From positions 167,105-231,104 of the forward strand of contig JAGOUW010000001.1 in NCBI GenBank assembly GCA_018061075.1: a stretch of 64,000 nucleotides of DNA, written 5' to 3'. The notes beneath the pieces are model-generated. The model searched no databases and was not told the origin of the DNA. It saw only the letters and a list, made by a program, of their open reading frames with translations. Both the position numbers and the translations under genes were made by a program. Positions 29,964 to 37,150 of the stretch are shown here, piece by piece. Within the stretch, counting starts at the first letter, position 1. Every line of letters starts with the position of its first letter. Source of the stretch: Candidatus Levyibacteriota bacterium. GTDB lineage: Bacteria; Patescibacteriota; Microgenomatia; Levybacterales; UBA12049.

Positions 29964-30845
29964 ATGGCAAAAGATTATTATCAAATTTTAGGAGTAACAA
30001 AAGGTGCAAGTGAGACAGATATAAAAAAGGCATACAGAAAGCTTGCGCTTGAGCATCATCCTGATAGAAATAAAGGAGATAAAACGTCAGAGGAGAAGTT
30101 TAAGGAAGTAACTAAGGCATACGAAGTTTTGTCAGATCCAGCAAAAAGACAATCTTATGATCAATTTGGTCATGCTGCTTTTGAGCAGGGAGCAGGTCAA
30201 CAGGGACCATTTGGAGGTGGTGGAAATCCATTCTCAGGCGGTGGACCATTCTCATACACATATACTACGGGTGGAAATGCTGGGGGTTTTGACTTTGGTG
30301 GAGGAGCAGATCCATTTGAAATATTTGAGCAATTCTTCGGAGGTGGAAATCCATTTGGTAGGCAGCAAAGAAGACCCGTATATTCTCTTCAGATAGATTT
30401 TATGGACGCTGTTAAAGGGGTTACGAAAAGAATAACAGTTGAGGGAAAAACCGAGACTGTAAAAATCCCCGCAGGAATAGACAATGGGCAGCGTGTGAGA
30501 TTTGGGACTTACGATGTTCTAATTGAAGTCAGATCGGATAAGAGGTTTAGGAGAGAAGGACAAAATGTGGTAACTGAGGAGGAGATTTCATTCCCGCAAG
30601 CGGCACTTGGAGTTGAAATAGATGTTGAGACAGTGGACGGTAATGTTAAGCTAAGAATTCCTTCAGGAACTCAGCCAAATACTGTAATTAGGCTTGCACA
30701 AAGAGGGATACCAAGTGTAAACGGAAGAGGAAAAGGTGATCATTATGTGCAGGTAAAAGTGGTGGTGCCTAAAAGTTTGTCAGCACACCAGAAAGAATTA
30801 TTAAAAGAATTTGATAGTACCAAGAAAAAATCCGGGTGGTTTTAG
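29964..30845 (+). CDS. dnaJ: J-domain co-chaperone, type II (DnaJ/CbpA-like, no zinc-finger domain)
   Basis: DYYQILGV...HHPDRN (HPD), a G/F-rich region and C-terminal substrate-binding domains. The protein contains no cysteine, so there is no CxxCxGxG. Confidence 0.85.
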   Translation: MAKDYYQILGVTKGASETDIKKAYRKLALEHHPDRNKGDKTSEEKFKEVTKAYEVLSDPAKRQSYDQFGHAAFEQGAGQQGPFGGGGNPFSGGGPFSYTYTTGGNAGGFDFGGGADPFEIFEQFFGGGNPFGRQQRRPVYSLQIDFMDAVKGVTKRITVEGKTETVKIPAGIDNGQRVRFGTYDVLIEVRSDKRFRREGQNVVTEEEISFPQAALGVEIDVETVDGNVKLRIPSGTQPNTVIRLAQRGIPSVNGRGKGDHYVQVKVVVPKSLSAHQKELLKEFDSTKKKSGWF

Positions 30846-31426
30846 CGTTCTTTAGTTGGTGGTCTTCCTTCCATTCCTATTCTTGCGAGGTACGTTTCTC
30901 TTTCTAAGATAGCAGCCCTTAAAACTGTTTCCCTCGGCATTAAAAATAATGGATAGTCAGTTGTTCCATCGACCATAAGTGACTGATCAAATGTTTGTCC
31001 ATCTCCAAGCACTTCAGTCTGTACTCCATATACTGAACTCCCGCCACTTTGAAGAACAACAGATGAAAGGTGTGCTTCTTTTCTCCATGCTAGTTCTGGT
31101 CCTACTTCTCCCTCTACTAATTCCCAATTTCTAATAAATTTTCTTGCTTCCTCATCAATTTTCCAAATAATGCCATTAATTCTAGGGCCTCTTTCAGGAA
31201 TAGCTACGTAGGTTCTGAAATCAGGCCCCCATGCTTCTTCTAAAATTCTCCTAGGATTAGTCGGTATCTGATCTAGTCTTTGTATTTCCAGACGATGATC
31301 CATTAGAACTGCAGGTTTGCCTTTTAGATCACTTCTACCTGTAATTGCCTCCATCATAGCTGGATCAGCATTGGCCCCGTATCCAAAATAGTAAATAAAT
31401 GCTGTATTCATTTTTGTATGTGGCAT
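30842..31426 (-). CDS. Gamma-glutamylcyclotransferase/AIG2-like fold protein
   Basis: The N-terminal [14 protein letters not shown] resembles the GGCT YFAYGSN motif. It looks G+C-richer than its neighbours. Its stop overlaps the dnaJ stop (convergent, 4 nt). Confidence 0.45.
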   Translation of the reverse strand: MPHTKMNTAFIYYFGYGANADPAMMEAITGRSDLKGKPAVLMDHRLEIQRLDQIPTNPRRILEEAWGPDFRTYVAIPERGPRINGIIWKIDEEARKFIRNWELVEGEVGPELAWRKEAHLSSVVLQSGGSSVYGVQTEVLGDGQTFDQSLMVDGTTDYPLFLMPRETVLRAAILERETYLARIGMEGRPPTKER

Positions 31427-31515
31427 TAAACATCAAATCCTTACAAAAAGCAAATAATTTAATACATATTGCAATTTTCAAGCTTTGGATTATATAATCT
31501 GCTCCTGCTCTATGT

Positions 31516-32817
31516 ATGGCTGAACGAATTGGGGTAGGGGTTAGAGGTGCAGGAACAGTAGGTGGAGGAGTAATCCGAGAGCTTATAAAAAATGGTCCCG
31601 ATTGGGGACTTGAACTTCGAGGTGTAGCAGTTAATAATCCTGCAAATCCAAATAGAGAGTTTGATGGTCCACATTACACAACTTCAAGTCAGCTTTTGGA
31701 AGATCCAAATATTAAAATAATAGTTGAGGCTACAGGTGGAGTTATTCCGGCTATTTCTGCTGCGTTTATGACGGATGCTATGGGTGCTGGTAAAAGCGTA
31801 GTTACTCCTGCAAAAGCGCCTGTTGCGTTATATCCGGATCAGCTGTTTGAAGCTGCCAGACAAAATAATGTGGATTTTCAATTTGAAGGCACAGTTGGGG
31901 GTGGAATTCCTGTGGTAAATACTCTAAGAAGAAGAACAAATGTCGATCGTGTAATGGGAATAACGGGAATAGTTAACGGGACTACAAATCATATCTTGAC
32001 GCAAATGAGAGACAGAGGAATGAGCTTCGAAGATGCGTTAGCTGAAGCGCAAGCTGCTGGATATGCTGAAGCTGATCCTACCTCTGACATTGAGGGACAG
32101 GATGCTGCTTTTAAGCTCGCGATTCTTTTTATGCTAGGCTTTAACTCAATTGTGAATCCATTGACAATTGAGAGGAAAGGGATATCTGATGTCACAGCTG
32201 CAGATTTGCATTTTGCAAATAATTATGTAGGAGACGGTAACACGACACACGACATAAAACTTCTAGCAATTGCCAAAAGAAGAGATGACGGACTTTTTGA
32301 GGCAAGAGTCACTCCAGCAATTATAAGAAGGGATAATCCCTTAGCATCAGTAAATGGCGTATTTAATGGGGTAAAAGTAGACTGGGAGCTTGCAGATTCA
32401 CAGATGTATACTGGTCGTGGTGCAGGAAGAGACGCTACAACCAGCGCAGTCCTGGAAGATATTAGAACTGCTGCTGTAAATTTAGGAAAAGGACCTGATG
32501 ACTTGCCAACTTTAGACGGACAAGCGGAATTAGAAGAGCCTGAAGATATTCAGAGAGCAGGATATATAAGAATGCTTTTAGCTCACAAACCTATGAGCGC
32601 TGGAGAAGCATATATGATTATGGGTGAAAGTGGATTGAATATTACCGATATTCAGCAGGAAAGGCAGTTTAAGACAGTAGTTAATGGAGAGCCACATATA
32701 CCAGATATTGTTGTTTTTGAACCAGCCAGACAAGAAGTTATACAGTCTGCACTAGAGGATTTGTCATTTAGCGATCGAGTCGAAGGTACTCCTGTTTTTA
32801 TTCCATTCGAAGGATAG
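31516..32817 (+). CDS. hom: Homoserine dehydrogenase
   Basis: GVGVRGAGTVGGGV, NGTTNHILTQM and EADPTSDIEGQDAAFKLAIL, plus a C-terminal ACT-like region. TTGCAA-18 nt-TATAAT (31469..31498) lies upstream. Confidence 0.85.
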   Translation: MAERIGVGVRGAGTVGGGVIRELIKNGPDWGLELRGVAVNNPANPNREFDGPHYTTSSQLLEDPNIKIIVEATGGVIPAISAAFMTDAMGAGKSVVTPAKAPVALYPDQLFEAARQNNVDFQFEGTVGGGIPVVNTLRRRTNVDRVMGITGIVNGTTNHILTQMRDRGMSFEDALAEAQAAGYAEADPTSDIEGQDAAFKLAILFMLGFNSIVNPLTIERKGISDVTAADLHFANNYVGDGNTTHDIKLLAIAKRRDDGLFEARVTPAIIRRDNPLASVNGVFNGVKVDWELADSQMYTGRGAGRDATTSAVLEDIRTAAVNLGKGPDDLPTLDGQAELEEPEDIQRAGYIRMLLAHKPMSAGEAYMIMGESGLNITDIQQERQFKTVVNGEPHIPDIVVFEPARQEVIQSALEDLSFSDRVEGTPVFIPFEG

Positions 32818-32842
32818 AAATTAATTCTGTTATAATTTCTTC

Positions 32843-33160
32843 ATGAAGTACTTGCAAATCACCGTAAATACACCAATTGATTTTTCAGATAAGGTTCGTG
32901 ATGCGATGAGCGAAGCGGGGGCTGGTAAAATTGGTAATTATTCAAATTGCTCTTTTTCTACAAAAGGCACAGGTTATAGTATGCCAAATGAAGGAGCAAA
33001 TCCAGCGATAGGTGAAATTGGAAGAATTGAATTAATAGAAGAAGAAAGAATTTTAACATTTTGTAAAGAAGAAGATTTGGAAAAAGTAACGGAAGCTATA
33101 AGATCTGCTCATCCATATGAAGAGCCATTAATTACGATTTGGCCTGTCGAAATTATATGA
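32843..33160 (+). CDS. Small PII-like-fold protein (NIF3/YqfO C-terminal-domain-like)
   Basis: 105 aa. ...AGAGKIGNYSNCSFSTKGTGYSMP...ANPAIGEIG...SAHPYEEP resembles the NIF3/YqfO insert domain. Recognition is weak. Confidence 0.3.
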   Translation: MKYLQITVNTPIDFSDKVRDAMSEAGAGKIGNYSNCSFSTKGTGYSMPNEGANPAIGEIGRIELIEEERILTFCKEEDLEKVTEAIRSAHPYEEPLITIWPVEII

Positions 33161-33696
33161 AATATATTGCTGTTTTTTGCTCATCCAGGGATTTAGATCC
33201 TAAATACATTGAGCCTGCTAAGGAGTTTTCTAGACTTCTAGTACAGCATGGATATCATTTGGTCTTCGGTGGGTCTGATACGGGGCTTATGAAAGTAGTC
33301 GCTGATGAGGTAAGAAAAAACGGTGGAGAAGTAATTGGTGTTTCTATGCAGGTTTTTCACAATGTAGCTAGAAAAGATGTAAGTGAAATGATTGTTGCAA
33401 ATGACTTAGGTCAAAGAAAAGCCATAATGTTAGATAAGGCGGTTGCGATCGTAGCATTGGTAGGCGGACTAGGAACTTTAGATGAACTTCTTCACATAGC
33501 AGAACTTAAAAGACAAAAACATCATGAAAAGCCAATTGTGGTTTTGGACACAGATAATTTTTATGAAGGCTTAAGAGTCCAATTTAAGAAAATGGAAGAC
33601 GATAAATTTAACGCTTTTGATATGCGGGAATACATAATGTTTAGAAATACTCCTCAAGAAGCGATAGATTTTATTAACGAAGAACTTGATAAATGA
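33157..33696 (+). CDS. LOG-family (TIGR00730) nucleotide phosphoribohydrolase
   Basis: VFGGSDTGLMKVVADE and GGLGTLDEL motifs. ATGA overlap with the upstream ORF. ATG 33157 preferred to the track start at 33139. Confidence 0.8.
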   Translation: MKYIAVFCSSRDLDPKYIEPAKEFSRLLVQHGYHLVFGGSDTGLMKVVADEVRKNGGEVIGVSMQVFHNVARKDVSEMIVANDLGQRKAIMLDKAVAIVALVGGLGTLDELLHIAELKRQKHHEKPIVVLDTDNFYEGLRVQFKKMEDDKFNAFDMREYIMFRNTPQEAIDFINEELDK

Positions 33697-34724
33697 TAAA
33701 ATTTCCAGGACTCATCGATCCGCATGTCCACTTAAGAACTCCTGGCCAAACTCATAAAGAAGATTTTTTAACTGGCACTAAGGCTGCGATTGTTGGGGGG
33801 TTTACAGCAGTAATTGATATGCCAAACAACAAAATACCAATTACCAGTTACCAATTACTAATTGAAAAAGAAAATATTGCGAAAGAGAAAATAGTATCTG
33901 ATATTGGATTTTATTTTGGTTCGCTCGGTGATAATTTAGCAGAATTTGAAAAAGTAAAAGATAAGGTAATGGGACTGAAATTATATCTTAATCAAACGAC
34001 AGGCGGATTTATTATTGATCAGAAAAGTTTGACACGAATTTATGATGCATGGTCTGGTCCTCCGATTCTTGTTCATGCTGAGGAAGATGTCATAGATTTG
34101 GTAATTGAAGTCTGCGAAAAAACAAAAAAGAAAACTCATATTTGTCATGTTAGTTCAGCTGAAGAATTAGAAAAAATTATAATTGCTAAGAAAAAAGGTT
34201 TGCCAATAACTTGTGGAGTGACACCTCATCATTTATTTCTGACAGAAGAAGATGTTGATCGCCTGGATACTTTCGGGCTTATGAAGCCTCCTGTTTATGA
34301 TGGATTTTCAGATTTTGCATTTAAAAATTTAAAATGGATTGATGTTATAGAATCAGACCATGCGCCACATACAAAAGAAGAAAAAAATTCAGAGAATCCA
34401 CCGTTCGGAGTTCCAAATTTAGAAACCACATTGGGTTTGTTATTGTCCGCAGAATCAAAAGGCTTACTAACAATTGAAGACATAAAGCGACTTTGTCATG
34501 ATGGGCCATCAGAAATATTTAGAATAAAACAAGATTCTGAAATAGAGGTAGATGAAGATGAGGAATGGACTGTTGATGGAAATCGTTTGGAAACTAAATG
34601 TAATTGGTCTCCATTTGAAGACTGGAAACTAAAAGGAAAAGTTAAGAAAGTCTATATTAGAAAAAAATTAGTATTTGAAAATGGACAATTTCTCGTAGAA
34701 TCAGGATTTGGAAAAGTGCTATAA
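33693..34724 (+). CDS. pyrC: Dihydroorotase-like amidohydrolase
   Basis: PGLIDPHVHLRTPG metal-binding start; ...VIESDHAPH. Adjacent to the pyrD-like gene. Confidence 0.7.
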   Translation: MIKFPGLIDPHVHLRTPGQTHKEDFLTGTKAAIVGGFTAVIDMPNNKIPITSYQLLIEKENIAKEKIVSDIGFYFGSLGDNLAEFEKVKDKVMGLKLYLNQTTGGFIIDQKSLTRIYDAWSGPPILVHAEEDVIDLVIEVCEKTKKKTHICHVSSAEELEKIIIAKKKGLPITCGVTPHHLFLTEEDVDRLDTFGLMKPPVYDGFSDFAFKNLKWIDVIESDHAPHTKEEKNSENPPFGVPNLETTLGLLLSAESKGLLTIEDIKRLCHDGPSEIFRIKQDSEIEVDEDEEWTVDGNRLETKCNWSPFEDWKLKGKVKKVYIRKKLVFENGQFLVESGFGKVL

Positions 34725-34732
34725 TTTTCGGG

Positions 34733-35794
34733 ATGTTAAAGCCATTTTTTGACCCTCTAAAAACTTACGAAGAAAATTATAAAAAAGGCCCCTTTGGAGA
34801 ATTCGCAAATAAAAAAGTTTATAAAGAAAAAGGTGCACCGGATCATTATTTATTTGGTCTTCCAATTTTTACTCCTTTTGGAATTCCAGCAGGTCCACTT
34901 TTAAATTCTAAATATGTAAACGCAGCCTTAGATAAAGGATTTGATCTTGTGGAATATAAAACTGTTAGAACTAAATTCCGCTTATCAAATGAATGGCCAA
35001 ATGTTCTGGCTGTAAAAGTTAAAGGAAATTTAACATTAGAGATGGCAGAAAAAGGAGTTATTGGAAATCAGAAATATGGAAATCCACTAGCAGTAACAAA
35101 TTCTTTTGGAGTTCCATCGATGGATCCAGAAGTTTGGCAAAAAGATTTAGCAAAAAGTGTTAAGCATGCAAAAAAAGGACAAGCTGTGATTGGAAGCTTC
35201 CAGGGAACGACTGAAGGAGATGTGAATAAATTTATTAAAGATTATGCTCTTGCTGCTAAATTGGTAAAAAAAACTGGAGTAAAAGTAATGGAGGTAAATT
35301 TATCTTGTCCAAATGAAGGATCTTCCCACTTAGTTTGCTTTGATGTTCCAAGGACGGTGGAGATAGTGGAAGCTATTAAAAATGAAATCGGAAATACGCC
35401 TTTAATTATTAAAATTGCATATTTTGAAGATCAGAAAAACTTAGAGAAATTAATTAAGTCCGTTGGAAAAATAGTTCAAGGAATTTCTGCGATAAATACA
35501 ATTCCTGCTAAAGTTTATAAAGAAAATGGTGAGCAGGCGTTGCCGGGGGGACCAATGAGATTAAAATCTGGAACATGCGGGCACCCTATTAAATGGGCGG
35601 GACTGGAAATGACAGAAAGACTTTTTAATCTAAGAAATGAGCTTGGATTTAATTTTAAAATTATTGGTGTGGGTGGCGTAACCCAAGCGAACGAATATTT
35701 TGAATATAGATCAAAAGGAGCAGATGCTGTGATGAGTGCGACTGGAGCCATGTGGAATCCACTTCTAGCCCAAGAAATAAAAAGTTTAATTTGA
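34733..35794 (+). CDS. pyrD: Dihydroorotate dehydrogenase-like flavoenzyme
   Basis: EVNLSCPN motif, GVGGV near the C-terminus, TIM-barrel DHOD/DHPD family pattern. Confidence 0.7.
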   Translation: MLKPFFDPLKTYEENYKKGPFGEFANKKVYKEKGAPDHYLFGLPIFTPFGIPAGPLLNSKYVNAALDKGFDLVEYKTVRTKFRLSNEWPNVLAVKVKGNLTLEMAEKGVIGNQKYGNPLAVTNSFGVPSMDPEVWQKDLAKSVKHAKKGQAVIGSFQGTTEGDVNKFIKDYALAAKLVKKTGVKVMEVNLSCPNEGSSHLVCFDVPRTVEIVEAIKNEIGNTPLIIKIAYFEDQKNLEKLIKSVGKIVQGISAINTIPAKVYKENGEQALPGGPMRLKSGTCGHPIKWAGLEMTERLFNLRNELGFNFKIIGVGGVTQANEYFEYRSKGADAVMSATGAMWNPLLAQEIKSLI

Positions 35795-35819
35795 TATTTA
35801 ATATCTAGATAAGTATAAT
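35791..35819 (+). promoter_or_regulatory. Putative sigma70 promoter with leaderless geometry for ORF 35826
   Basis: TTGATA (35791..35796), 17 nt, TATAAT (35814..35819), then 6 nt and ATG 35826. Confidence 0.4.
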
Positions 35820-35825
35820 CTCGCA

Positions 35826-36773
35826 ATGGCAGTAGAATTACCAGATAAACGGGGCGATGAATTTAGAGTTCCTCAGAGAACAGAAGCACCAGCTTATGCA
35901 GCTGCATTTACTTCTCATGCGGATTGGTTTGGATCTTTCATAGCTAATACCGATCAGAAAGTTGTACAGAGAATTACGCTTCTTGATGGGTTGCAGAGGT
36001 TTCAGGGTGTTTGGGATAAGGCAATAGATCCCGCGCAGGATTTTAGAGTTTTACTTTTAGGAGCTGGAAGAGGCGATTCGGAATTAGCAGCACTTAGTCA
36101 ATTAAAAGAATTAAGAGGTGACATGAGTAAGGTAAGTATTTTAGTAGAGGAGCCATCAGCGCAGATGCAAGGAGAATTATTAACTTCTGCTCAGGAAAGA
36201 GGTTTTGGGGCAAATATAAAAGGAATAGAAGGCAAGGAATTTGAAGATCCGACATATGTTCCTCCAGGCGTTGATTTAGCAGTAGGATTTCAGATGTGGC
36301 AATATGTAAAAGGATGGGAGGGTGTACCTGCAGTAGACAATTCTTTAGAAAAACTAAGAGCAACCGTTGCTGAGAGAGGTGGAGCTTCAGTTATTTCCGT
36401 AATGTCCCAAACAAGTGATAACTTTGCTTTAAGATCTAAGTATCTTCCAGTTATCCATGGAGAAGGAACGACAGAAACTACGGCAGAAATGATTTCAGAT
36501 CAACTTTATGCTCCCGATTTAGAAACACCCCACGATATCATAATTACCCCATCAACTTTAAATGTTAGCTCCGTGTTTCCAGATGGTCGTTTTGATCCAA
36601 CTCCAGAAGGTGCAAATATACTATCTTTTATATTAAGAGCTGACTGGAATGTTTTACCAGACGGTCTTAAAGTGCAAGTGGCGCAAGATTTAGAATATCT
36701 TGTAAGAAGAAATGATGGATATAGACTATCTTTTAGAGATGCTTACGTCTGGCTTCCTGGTATAGACAATTAA
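35826..36773 (+). CDS. Class I SAM-dependent methyltransferase-like protein (histamine-N-methyltransferase-like layout)
   Basis: FRVLLLGAGRGDSELAALSQL (motif I-like), then VEEPSAQM. The overall order resembles the HNMT family. It looks G+C-richer than its neighbours. Confidence 0.4.
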   Translation: MAVELPDKRGDEFRVPQRTEAPAYAAAFTSHADWFGSFIANTDQKVVQRITLLDGLQRFQGVWDKAIDPAQDFRVLLLGAGRGDSELAALSQLKELRGDMSKVSILVEEPSAQMQGELLTSAQERGFGANIKGIEGKEFEDPTYVPPGVDLAVGFQMWQYVKGWEGVPAVDNSLEKLRATVAERGGASVISVMSQTSDNFALRSKYLPVIHGEGTTETTAEMISDQLYAPDLETPHDIIITPSTLNVSSVFPDGRFDPTPEGANILSFILRADWNVLPDGLKVQVAQDLEYLVRRNDGYRLSFRDAYVWLPGIDN

Positions 36774-36811
36774 GTTTGTAATTTTGGCCTCAAGTTCCTA
36801 TACTTATATTA

Positions 36812-37150
36812 ATGCCCGGATTTTATCTATCCATTCCTTTTTTGTTTCTCAAATTTTGGTATCTTGAGGCCCCCCTCAGGCTGATCAAATACTTCATGTC
36901 TGTGAATCATGCAGTTTTACAGATTCTTTCTCTTCCTCTCATGCTTAGGACTTTTTTCAAACCTCTTAAGAATGAATACAGAAAAGGATTGGTAGTGTTC
37001 TCTATTGGAATGGGAATTTTTATAAAAACTACGCTGATATTTTTTGATTTAGTTTTCTTCGGTACAGTTTTATTTCTTGAAGTTACATTTTTAGCGTTTT
37101 TTATCTGGTGGCCCTTAATTACATTTTTAATTTTATTTATTAAATTATGA
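36812..37150 (+). CDS. Small polytopic membrane protein, translationally coupled to the Clp-like ATPase
   Basis: 112 aa, 3 TM helices. ATGA stop/start overlap at 37147..37150. Confidence 0.45.
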   Translation: MPGFYLSIPFLFLKFWYLEAPLRLIKYFMSVNHAVLQILSLPLMLRTFFKPLKNEYRKGLVVFSIGMGIFIKTTLIFFDLVFFGTVLFLEVTFLAFFIWWPLITFLILFIKL

